DNA of 37,666 bases, taken from contig DVFU01000064.1 of assembly GCA_018713065.1 (NCBI GenBank), positions 1 through 37,666 of the forward strand. The letters are read 5' to 3'. The DNA comes from Candidatus Faecenecus gallistercoris (GTDB taxonomy: Bacteria > Bacillota_I > Bacilli_A > RF39 > UBA660). Of the stretch, positions 16,976-25,035 are shown piece by piece; the stretch's first letter is position 1; every line of letters starts with the position of its first letter. A program made the translations under genes and the position numbers. Below the pieces are notes generated by a model that worked only from the letters and a program-made list of their open reading frames with translations, was not told the DNA's origin and did not search any database.

Positions 16976-17644
16976 ATGGAACTTGGGAAAAAGAAAGAAA
17001 TCACAAAGAAGGCGGCAGAACTTGCCATTAAAAATCCTTCTCTCAGTATGAGGGCATTGGCAAGAGAAGTAGGAGGGACTACCTCTACGACTCTCAAAAA
17101 ATTCTTCGATACCATTTTGCCGGAATATTATCCGGATTTGGCTTTGCAAATTAAGGAATCAAAAGAATCATTTCAAAAGAAAAGTGAAGAAGAAAAATAT
17201 CATAAGAGTAGAGCATATCAAAAACGTAGAAGGGAACTCGTTAAAATTGAAGAAGCAAACGAGGTTGCCGAGTACATCATTCGCCATCATGCGACGATGA
17301 AACAAGCATCGTCTGTCTTTGCTAGACCGATTGCCAATTTACAACGAAGTTTAAACCTACTTAGAAAAGAAAATGCTCAGGTACGACAAGATTTAGACCG
17401 GGTGTTTGCTGAGAATAAGAACAATTACTATCAGAAATTAGGGACTCTTACGAAAGAGAGAATTTCGATGATTCGTAAATGTGTCGATTTTATCAATCAT
17501 CATCCGGAATATTCGTCTTTACTGATTAAATCTTTACATATTTTCCCAATCCATTTGTTATCCTTAGATTCATACGTGTTAACATCACGTAGTTTGACGG
17601 GGACTGTTTCCAAGGAACGTAGTTATGAAACAGTTGCCAACTAG
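16976..17644 (+). CDS. Putative DNA-binding protein with two SpoIIID-like HTH repeats
   Basis: aa 10-60 (KKAAELAIKNPSLSMRALAREVGGTTSTTLKKFFDTILPEYYPDLALQIKE) parallels B. subtilis SpoIIID (KIGKYIVETKKTVRVIAKEFGVSKSTVHKDLTERLPEINPDLANEVKE). A second, weaker copy lies at aa ~95-145. The 3' end overlaps hemW by 20 nt. Confidence 0.5.
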   Translation: MELGKKKEITKKAAELAIKNPSLSMRALAREVGGTTSTTLKKFFDTILPEYYPDLALQIKESKESFQKKSEEEKYHKSRAYQKRRRELVKIEEANEVAEYIIRHHATMKQASSVFARPIANLQRSLNLLRKENAQVRQDLDRVFAENKNNYYQKLGTLTKERISMIRKCVDFINHHPEYSSLLIKSLHIFPIHLLSLDSYVLTSRSLTGTVSKERSYETVAN

Positions 17645-18722
17645 TCTCTATATTCATATCCCGTTTTGTAGAACGATCTGTGCTTATTGTGATTTTTGTA
17701 AATATTACAATTATCCTAAACTGATGGAAAGTTACTATCCGGCACTGTTAGAAGAACTCCGTCATGTTCCCGTTCATCCGATGAAGACAATCTATATTGG
17801 TGGTGGGACTCCTTCTTGCATTCCAAATGGGATGTTAGAGGATTTACTCATTCATTTGGAGCCTTATTTTAGTGACGAGATGGAGTTTACCATCGAATGT
17901 AATGTCGAAGATATCGATGAAGAGTTGTTAGTACTTTTAAAACGACATTCTGTCAATCGTCTTTCAATCGGGTTACAAACATTTCAGTATTCTCTTTTAG
18001 AGAAGATTGGACGTTCGGTCGGTCCCGTTGAAGAGAAGATTCGTCTTGCAAAACAGTACTTTCAAAATATCAATGTCGATTTGATGTATGCGTTACCGGG
18101 TGAAACGTTAGATGATTTGCAAGAGGATTTACAAAAGTTTTTGGCTTTGGATGTACCACACATTTCTTGCTACTCTTTGATTTTAGAAGAGAACACAGTA
18201 TTTTCTAATCAACATGTAACGCCAGTCGATGAAGATACGGATTTTGAAATGTATCAGATGATTACTAAGACATTAACAGATGCGGGATATCTTCATTACG
18301 AAGTATCGAATTATGCGAAAGCGGGTTACGAATCTAAACACAATTTGGTCTATTGGCATAATGAAGAATACTACGGTATCGGACTTGGGGCATCTTCTTA
18401 TGTGGATGGTTATCGTATGACAAATACACGTAGTCTCAATCACTATCAAGAAGGGAACATCGTAACAGAGCGAGAATTCGTATCTATCGATGATCAGATG
18501 GACTACGAGATGATTTTAGGATTACGTACTTTAAAAGGGGTATCGATTTCGCACTTTTTTCAAAAATATCATCGCAACATTACAGATATCTATGATATAG
18601 TAGATTTATTAGAGAATCAGTTACTGGTTCAAAAAGGGGATTATCTTGCGATTCCGGAAGATAAGATTTATATTTCGAATACGATTTTAGTACAATTTTT
18701 AAGGAGGGATTCGAGTGGATAA
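17625..18722 (+). CDS. hemW: Radical SAM heme chaperone HemW (HemN-like)
   Basis: LYIHIPFCRTICAYCDF (CxxxCxxC), IGGGTPS. 365 aa. The position after lepA matches Bacillus. Confidence 0.9.
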   Translation: MKQLPTSLYIHIPFCRTICAYCDFCKYYNYPKLMESYYPALLEELRHVPVHPMKTIYIGGGTPSCIPNGMLEDLLIHLEPYFSDEMEFTIECNVEDIDEELLVLLKRHSVNRLSIGLQTFQYSLLEKIGRSVGPVEEKIRLAKQYFQNINVDLMYALPGETLDDLQEDLQKFLALDVPHISCYSLILEENTVFSNQHVTPVDEDTDFEMYQMITKTLTDAGYLHYEVSNYAKAGYESKHNLVYWHNEEYYGIGLGASSYVDGYRMTNTRSLNHYQEGNIVTEREFVSIDDQMDYEMILGLRTLKGVSISHFFQKYHRNITDIYDIVDLLENQLLVQKGDYLAIPEDKIYISNTILVQFLRRDSSG

Positions 18723-19296
18723 AATTAAATGTTTTGAAAAAGAAATGTCCTACATCCAAAATCCAGATTATTTAGTAGATTTTCAATATTTGGTATCGAA
18801 CTTACCAGATTATTTTTTTGAAATTCCAGCATCTTCCACAGGAAAGTATCATCCGCGTTATGCTTTGGGAACTGGCGGATTGTTGAGACACACCAAAGCT
18901 GCTGTTCGGATTGCTTACGAGTTGTTAGCAGATCCAGTCATCGGTGATAAGTATACGAGTGATGAGAAAGATTTGATGTTAATTGCACTTTGTTTACATG
19001 ACGGTTTGAAATCAGGCAAAGATCATAGTAAATACACACAGTTCGACCATCCACTTTTGATGGCGAATTGGATTGAGGAAGAAAAAGAACATCTTCATTT
19101 TAACGACGAGGAGATTGCTTTTTTACAATCCGTTATTGCATCTCATATGGGTTGTTGGACGAAAGACTACGATGGCAATGAAGTATTACCAAAACCGAAG
19201 ACTAAATATCAAAATTTCGTTCATATGTGCGATTATTTAGCAAGTAGAAAGTGTATTTTACTGGAATTTGACGAAAATAATAATGTCATAGGATAA
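18715..19296 (+). CDS. HD-domain metal-dependent phosphohydrolase (193 aa)
   Basis: GTG start 7 nt after AGGAGG, overlapping the hemW stop by 8 nt. The H...HD...H...D pattern is present: SSTGKYHP, LLRHT, CLHDGLK, ASHMG, HMCDYLASRK. Confidence 0.75.
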   Translation: MDKIKCFEKEMSYIQNPDYLVDFQYLVSNLPDYFFEIPASSTGKYHPRYALGTGGLLRHTKAAVRIAYELLADPVIGDKYTSDEKDLMLIALCLHDGLKSGKDHSKYTQFDHPLLMANWIEEEKEHLHFNDEEIAFLQSVIASHMGCWTKDYDGNEVLPKPKTKYQNFVHMCDYLASRKCILLEFDENNNVIG

Positions 19297-19309
19297 ATAG
19301 GGAGGCTTT

Positions 19310-19978
19310 ATGAAAGGAAAATTAATTGTCATTGAGGGTAGCGATTCTTCTGGAAAGCATACGCAAGGAACGATGCTTGTAGAGGCATTAAACAAAAGTG
19401 GGAAAAAGGCGGTTTTGTTATCATTTCCAACATACGATAGCCCGACTGGTCAAATTATTGCTGGGTCCTTGTTAGGAAAAGAAGGGTATGGACCATGTTT
19501 GTTTCCGGAAGGAAGTAGCAACATCGATCCTCATATCGCATGTCTATATTATGCAGCAGACCGAAAGTACAACATTCCTAAAGTGGAATCTTACCTGCAA
19601 GATGGATACGATGTTGTACTCGATCGTTATATCAGTTCTAACATGGCTCATCAGGGTGGTAAGATTTTAGATAAAGACGAGCGCTTCAACATGTTTCAAT
19701 GGATCGATCGTTTAGAGTATTGGCTGTTGGGATTACCGAAAGCAGACAAGACCATTTTTCTTCATATGCCGTATCAAAAATCTTTGGAACTTGCCAAAAA
19801 GAAACCGGCCATCGATCAAGTCGATGACGATGTCGCGTATTTAAAAAATTCAGAACGTGCATACATCGAATTATCCGAGTTATATCATTGGGACCGGGTC
19901 GAGTGTACCAATTTCGATGGTTCTTTAAAATCTCGGGATGAAGTTCACAAAGAAATTTTATCTTTATTAGAGCAATAA
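19310..19978 (+). CDS. Thymidylate kinase-family protein (atypical P-loop/LID)
   Basis: P-loop LIVIEGSDSSGKHTQ, DRY motif VVLDRYISSNMAHQGG. The overall order aligns by eye with human/vaccinia-type TMPK (LIVLEGVDRAGKSTQ ... RFPERSTEIGK ... DRYAFSG). GGGAGG SD. Confidence 0.7.
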   Translation: MKGKLIVIEGSDSSGKHTQGTMLVEALNKSGKKAVLLSFPTYDSPTGQIIAGSLLGKEGYGPCLFPEGSSNIDPHIACLYYAADRKYNIPKVESYLQDGYDVVLDRYISSNMAHQGGKILDKDERFNMFQWIDRLEYWLLGLPKADKTIFLHMPYQKSLELAKKKPAIDQVDDDVAYLKNSERAYIELSELYHWDRVECTNFDGSLKSRDEVHKEILSLLEQ

Positions 19979-20026
19979 AAAAGACTAATCAGTTGGGTTA
20001 CCCTCTTGATTAGTCTTTTCTTTTTC
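19977..20026. terminator. Bidirectional hairpin between the TMPK-family gene and the convergent ATPase gene
   Basis: AAGACTAATCA-N15-TGATTAGTCTT, with an inner GGGTTACCC palindrome, followed by TTTTCTTTTTC. An A-run lies upstream. Almost the whole hairpin lies inside the last ~11 ATPase codons. Confidence 0.65.
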
Positions 20027-21283
20027 ATCATCTTCTTTTATCATCGGCTTATCCGTACCGTTTTCGCCGTATTTGTTGTCTAAGTCAACTTCAATTTCAA
20101 TCAACTTATAAATTTCTTCAAACGTCGTATATCCTTCTAGTACTTTTTCTAAGCCATCTTGTAACATCGTCGTAACATCATCGGTGTAAACCATGTCACG
20201 TAAATCTTCTTTTTTCAAGCTAGTGTTATTTAAGGCGTCTCTGATATGGTCGTTGATTAATAGGACCTCATGAATACCTAAACGACCACGGTAACCATTT
20301 CTACATTTACCACAGACTTTCGATGAATTTTTACAAGCATCGAATACTTCTGGAACATCTTTATTCAAGACTTTTTTAAATACTTCCCGTTCGTAAGGAG
20401 TCGTCCTTCGCAATGTCTTACAATTTTCACATAATGTACGCGCCAGTTTTTGAGAAATGATTCCTTCTAATGCAGTCGATAACAAATATCGCTCAACATC
20501 CATATCCATCAAACGTTCGATGGTAGACAAAGAACTGTTGGTGTGGATGGTCGATAATACTAAGTGTCCAGTGATAGAGGCACGGACGGCGATTTGAGCC
20601 GTTTCAGAGTCACGAATCTCTCCGATTAGAATAACGTTCGGGTCTTGACGTAAGATAGAACGTAATGCAGCTGCGAACGTCATACCGATATCGCTGTTTA
20701 CTTGAACTTGGTTGATTCCTTCTAGGTTCATTTCGATCGGGTCTTCTACAGTGATGATGTTCGTCTCTTCTTTGTTTAATGATTGTAACATGGAGTAGGT
20801 AGTCGTTGATTTACCAGAACCAGTCGCACCGGTTACTAGGATAATTCCGTTCGGTACCGTTAGCATCTTACTGATTTTTTTAAAGTTTTTATGAGAAAAG
20901 TTCAAAGCCTCTAAACCGGCAAGGCTTCGTGTATAATCCAAAATACGAATAACGACTTTTTCGCCCTCGTTGGTCGGAAGTACAGATACACGCATATCTA
21001 GGTCTGTGCCATCGATACGACCTTTGATAGCACCGTCTTGAGGAAGACGAGTTTCGGTAATGTTCATATTGGAAATCAATTTGACACGCGTCGTCAAGTT
21101 TCTTTCATATTCTTTTGGAATTAGTGTGTGGTCTTGCAAATCACCATCGACACGGTAGCGGATTTTAATTCCATTTTCTACTGGGTCCATGTGAATATCG
21201 CTGGCTTTCGCTTTTACTGCGGCCATAATTAATTGGTTTGTCAAATCGACGATAGAAGTATGCTCTAAATCGTATGTTACCAT
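19985..21283 (-). CDS. Type II/IV secretion-family assembly ATPase (GspE/PilB/ComGA-like, short form)
   Basis: Walker A VTGATGSGKST, Asp box ITVEDPIE, Walker B DPNVILIGEIRD, His box TGHLVLSTIHTN, tetracysteine CENC...CGKC. 432 aa, with no long N1 domain. Confidence 0.85.
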   Translation of the reverse strand: MVTYDLEHTSIVDLTNQLIMAAVKAKASDIHMDPVENGIKIRYRVDGDLQDHTLIPKEYERNLTTRVKLISNMNITETRLPQDGAIKGRIDGTDLDMRVSVLPTNEGEKVVIRILDYTRSLAGLEALNFSHKNFKKISKMLTVPNGIILVTGATGSGKSTTTYSMLQSLNKEETNIITVEDPIEMNLEGINQVQVNSDIGMTFAAALRSILRQDPNVILIGEIRDSETAQIAVRASITGHLVLSTIHTNSSLSTIERLMDMDVERYLLSTALEGIISQKLARTLCENCKTLRRTTPYEREVFKKVLNKDVPEVFDACKNSSKVCGKCRNGYRGRLGIHEVLLINDHIRDALNNTSLKKEDLRDMVYTDDVTTMLQDGLEKVLEGYTTFEEIYKLIEIEVDLDNKYGENGTDKPMIKEDDEKEKTNQEGNPTD

Positions 21284-21390
21284 AAAAATCGTCCCTTCCC
21301 CTTTAAAAATATTCTTTTTCCTCTATTATTTTATCATAAATTATTATATAATAAATCTATAAGATAAGCAAGATATGGAGTGAAACTTTT

Positions 21391-21960
21391 ATGCGAAGAA
21401 AAAGTGAAAAAGGTTTTATGTTGTTAGAAACTTTGGTCGTAACCGTTTTCATTGCGACTCTTTTTGCTTTCATTTATCAAAATACAATTCCATTGTTTGG
21501 GGAGTATAAACAACGAATGAAATATGATGATATCGATAGTGTATATGCGGCGGATTTGTTTCGGCAGATGTTACTTGTTGATTACAACTACAATGATTTA
21601 GTAAGCGGTCTTGGAAATGATCCTACTAATATTTATAAAGATATTACAGATTGTAGGAAGAATGTGGCTGGCTTCAACTATGAAAATGATGATTTGTGTG
21701 AAGCACTAGAAGAATCTTTGAATATTTCAGCTGTCTATTTGACACATTATGACACGAACCTGTTAAAACAGATGGAGAAAGATGACCAAATATTCACGGT
21801 CAATACTGATCGCGGTATTAAAACGTATATCGATTATATGCCTTCTTATTCTGCGGATTCGACAACGATTAATCAATATCGCTTGATTATTGTAAGAAAA
21901 GTAGTTGAAAATGGAAAAGAATATACGAGATATGCCAATTTAGAGGTGGTTCAATCATGA
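21391..21960 (+). CDS. Prepilin-type (class III signal peptide) pseudopilin, 189 aa
   Basis: N-terminus MRRKSEKG/FMLLETLVVTVFIATLFAF: a basic leader, then Gly(-1) Phe(+1) Glu(+5) and a hydrophobic helix. GGAG SD. Confidence 0.7.
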   Translation: MRRKSEKGFMLLETLVVTVFIATLFAFIYQNTIPLFGEYKQRMKYDDIDSVYAADLFRQMLLVDYNYNDLVSGLGNDPTNIYKDITDCRKNVAGFNYENDDLCEALEESLNISAVYLTHYDTNLLKQMEKDDQIFTVNTDRGIKTYIDYMPSYSADSTTINQYRLIIVRKVVENGKEYTRYANLEVVQS

Positions 21961-23009
21961 TTCGAAATGAAAAAGGATTTACAATTGTCGAAACGATTGC
22001 AAGTTTTGTACTTGTTATGACGTTATCACTTTCCATGCTTTCTATTTTATTGAAGTACAAGGATACAGCCCAAGTTGAAAATCTAAAAAATACTTTTCAA
22101 ACTTTGAAGGAGACTGTTACCAAAGATATTCAAACAGATGTTAGGAATCGAGGATTGCTCAATATTGAACGAAGTGGATCCAATGCTGTAACGTTCCGTT
22201 TTCAAGATGGGACAAGTACTATTTTTTCTGTTACAAATAATGTTTCTTCATTGGATGCAGATACAATTCGTGATAAGCATTATACCTATAATAATATCAA
22301 CTATCATATTCCGTCTGGAGTTCCGGATGAATTGCCAGCGGGTGCACTAGCAAAAGATTATCAAAGTGTTAATATCGATTTATCTGATTTCTATCGTGTT
22401 TATGATGTTGGAACTTATACCATATATTCTGTTAATGTCAATTTGACGTATGATGATTTAGAAGAAGATTATGGAATTCATTTGACTTTTTTGGTAAATG
22501 ATGAAGCTGGTCTTGTCAGTGTTACTCGAAACATGATGCAAGATAGTAGTTTTGAAAATGAAATCGTATCTGTTACCGAGAAATCTGCTGCCGTTACTTC
22601 CGGCCCAGATGTTGTTACTGGACAATTTGTTGGTAATGTTACTCCATATGATGGAGAAAAAGCTGTTTATTTCACTTGTGATACTGGAACTTGTAACACA
22701 GTATTAGACCGTGAAATTCCGGTAACACCAGGTCGTACCTATACGATTAGCTTCTATTATGCGACTGGTTCTAATGTCACTGGAAGTGCTGCTCAATTTA
22801 AAGATGGCAGTGGCAATGCCATTTCTGGGTTTAACGTCACAGATACCGGCGAATCATGGATGCGTGCTTCTACAACTTGGACAGCGCCAGAAGATGTAAC
22901 TGCTATTTATCCAGGATTCGGAATTGAAACGACCGGTTCTTCTTGGATGGCTATCGATGCCATACAAGTAGAGGAAGGCGAAACAGTGACCTTATACCAC
23001 CGAACATAA
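21957..23009 (+). CDS. Prepilin-type protein fused to a C-terminal CBM4_9-like / galactose-binding-like jelly-roll domain, 350 aa
   Basis: MIRNEKG/FTIVETIASFVLVMTL is a canonical KGFT(I/L)(I/V)E signal. The C-terminal ~160 aa carry NMMQDSSFEN, IPVTPGRTYTISFYY, SWMRASTTWTAPEDV and AIDAIQVEEGETVT, which is typical of CBM/tail-fibre lectin modules. ATGA overlap with the upstream pilin gene. Confidence 0.7.
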   Translation: MIRNEKGFTIVETIASFVLVMTLSLSMLSILLKYKDTAQVENLKNTFQTLKETVTKDIQTDVRNRGLLNIERSGSNAVTFRFQDGTSTIFSVTNNVSSLDADTIRDKHYTYNNINYHIPSGVPDELPAGALAKDYQSVNIDLSDFYRVYDVGTYTIYSVNVNLTYDDLEEDYGIHLTFLVNDEAGLVSVTRNMMQDSSFENEIVSVTEKSAAVTSGPDVVTGQFVGNVTPYDGEKAVYFTCDTGTCNTVLDREIPVTPGRTYTISFYYATGSNVTGSAAQFKDGSGNAISGFNVTDTGESWMRASTTWTAPEDVTAIYPGFGIETTGSSWMAIDAIQVEEGETVTLYHRT

Positions 23010-23948
23010 TATCAATAATGATACAAGTATTGTTTGAAGGATTGTTCCATAGAGACGGCCTTTCAAGAAATACTTGTATTTTAATTTGGATTTTTCTAAG
23101 TAACTGGCTACTTGCAAATGGATGTTGGCACCACCTAGGGAGATGCAGATGGAGGCAAGTAGGAATTTTAGTTCGATAGGTATGGCAACATACGTTAGAC
23201 TAGCGAGTCCAGAAGTGACTTCTAAAATCATTTTGATTCCAATTTGACCATAGTGAGAGGGACTCACCATCGTGATGATTATGTTTTCTGCAATTAAAAA
23301 GAGAGATAGACTTCCTAACATCATGAGTAGGGTCGTAAATGCATTTGAAATGGCACTTCCCAATCTATTTTGAGTTTCGGATTCTAGTGGATGATTGGAA
23401 TGGTGTGACGGTAGTGTTTTCGGTCTCGTTAATCGGGCCAATAAGAAGCTACCTCCTAGTTGCGTGAGATATAGAATGATACCTAGTCGGACGTCGTTTA
23501 AAATACCGATGCCAACGAACGATAAAACGAATGCTGGATTTCCGTAATGAGTGAACAAGAGCAGATGATTGGCCGTTTCTTCGCTGATATATCCTTTCTG
23601 GAACATATCTTCTGTGTATTTAGCCCCTGCTAGGAAACCGCTTAAAATTGACATGACGATTACGAATGCGGCCGGACGCTCTAAATGTAGCCACTTTTCA
23701 GTAATCGGTTTTAATAATTCTCCTAACAAGATAGGTATTTTTAAAGAAATGGCACAATCCGTTAAGACAAAGAAAGGAAATAAGACCGGAAATAAGTTCG
23801 TCATAAACAAATCGACGCTTTCTAAAACCGAACTTCTTACTTGTTCACTTTGCCAAACCAGTAACACAGTAGTTGACAGAAATATTAATAAAATCCAAAA
23901 ATTTCTGCTTTTTTTCCATAGTTTTTTCATATATTTAATCATCCTCAT
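22992..23948 (-). CDS. ylbJ: Sporulation integral membrane protein YlbJ (nucleoside-recognition-domain family)
   Basis: LFPVLFPFFVLTDC, a polytopic profile, and a position divergent from ylbL as in Bacillus. The start is ambiguous: ATG at 23948, 23942 or 23930, with the last one following GAGGA. The 3' end overlaps the convergent pilin gene by 18 nt. Confidence 0.65.
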   Translation of the reverse strand: MRMIKYMKKLWKKSRNFWILLIFLSTTVLLVWQSEQVRSSVLESVDLFMTNLFPVLFPFFVLTDCAISLKIPILLGELLKPITEKWLHLERPAAFVIVMSILSGFLAGAKYTEDMFQKGYISEETANHLLLFTHYGNPAFVLSFVGIGILNDVRLGIILYLTQLGGSFLLARLTRPKTLPSHHSNHPLESETQNRLGSAISNAFTTLLMMLGSLSLFLIAENIIITMVSPSHYGQIGIKMILEVTSGLASLTYVAIPIELKFLLASICISLGGANIHLQVASYLEKSKLKYKYFLKGRLYGTILQTILVSLLILCSVV

Positions 23949-23983
23949 GCTATAATAGAATATATGATTAAGGATTTGATTAC

Positions 23984-25015
23984 ATGTTAAAGAAATTTTT
24001 TAAGAAAATATATCAGGAAACCAAAGCATACATTGTCGATAGTTGGTTCTTTTTATTGACCTTATTGGTCATTTTTGTCGTTATGACATATCAACTTCCA
24101 TATTACATCGATACGGGTGGTGGAACGATAGCAATCGACGACAGAATTCAAATTGAAAATGAGACAGAGTCAGAAGGATCGTTTAATATGGCCTACGTCA
24201 GTGAAGTAAGAGCGACTGTTCCTACGTATTTACTAAGTTATGTATTTAATACTTGGGAACGGGTTAAAATTGCCGATACGAAAATCGATCCAACTGAAAC
24301 ACAAGAGGACGTTGAAATCAGAGATCACTTGTATTTGGATACGGCCAATCAAACGGCGATTCAATTAGCGTATCAGAAAGCTGGGAAAGAGTTCCACATT
24401 ACCGATCAGAAGACTAGAATTGCCTATGTAGCACAAGGAGCCATTACCGATTTACAGGTAGGAGATACGATTCTTTCAATCGATGGCGAAGATGTATCCA
24501 ACTTCGATTCTTTGACTTCAATTGTCAATACGAAGAATGTTGGTGACGTTCTATCTTTACAAGTGTTACGAAATGAAGAGCAAGTTTCTGCAACTGCTAC
24601 CATTCAAGGAACAGAAGAGAATAAAATCATCGGCATTACTTTGATGCAAAAATATGAATATGAGACGAATCCCGAGATTACACTTAGTTTCTTAGCAAGT
24701 GAATCTGGTCCTTCGGGAGGTCTTTTGCTTAGTCTTGCCATCTATGACAAATTAATCGATGAAGATTTGACAAAGGGATACAAAATTGTTGGAACTGGTA
24801 CGATTGGTGCCGATGGTAGTGTCGGTGCCATTGGCGGAGTTACCTATAAACTACGAGGAGCGGTCAATTCGAAAGCAGATTTGTTCATCGTGCCAGCAGG
24901 TGAGAACTACGAGGATGCGATGGCATTCAAAGAAGAAAAAGGATACGATATCGATATTATCGGTGTTCGTACATTCGATGAAGCAGTCGAAGCTTTAAGA
25001 AATTATCAGGGATAA
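23984..25015 (+). CDS. ylbL: YlbL/SepM-type PDZ + Lon-like (S16) serine protease
   Basis: N-terminal TM, PDZ domain (LQVGDTILSIDGEDV), Lon-C-like catalytic region (ESGPSGGLLLSLAIYDKL ... GTGTIGADGSVGAIGGV..K). 343 aa. Confidence 0.8.
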   Translation: MLKKFFKKIYQETKAYIVDSWFFLLTLLVIFVVMTYQLPYYIDTGGGTIAIDDRIQIENETESEGSFNMAYVSEVRATVPTYLLSYVFNTWERVKIADTKIDPTETQEDVEIRDHLYLDTANQTAIQLAYQKAGKEFHITDQKTRIAYVAQGAITDLQVGDTILSIDGEDVSNFDSLTSIVNTKNVGDVLSLQVLRNEEQVSATATIQGTEENKIIGITLMQKYEYETNPEITLSFLASESGPSGGLLLSLAIYDKLIDEDLTKGYKIVGTGTIGADGSVGAIGGVTYKLRGAVNSKADLFIVPAGENYEDAMAFKEEKGYDIDIIGVRTFDEAVEALRNYQG

Positions 25016-25035
25016 GAGTTTAGGGAGTAAGTTTT

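Noticed and set aside
23949-23976. dif-like sequence (TAGAATATAT core) in the ylbJ/ylbL divergent spacer
   Set aside because: Only the central 10 nt resemble the Bacillus dif site. Both Xer-binding arms are mismatched. An AT-rich divergent promoter region explains the sequence.
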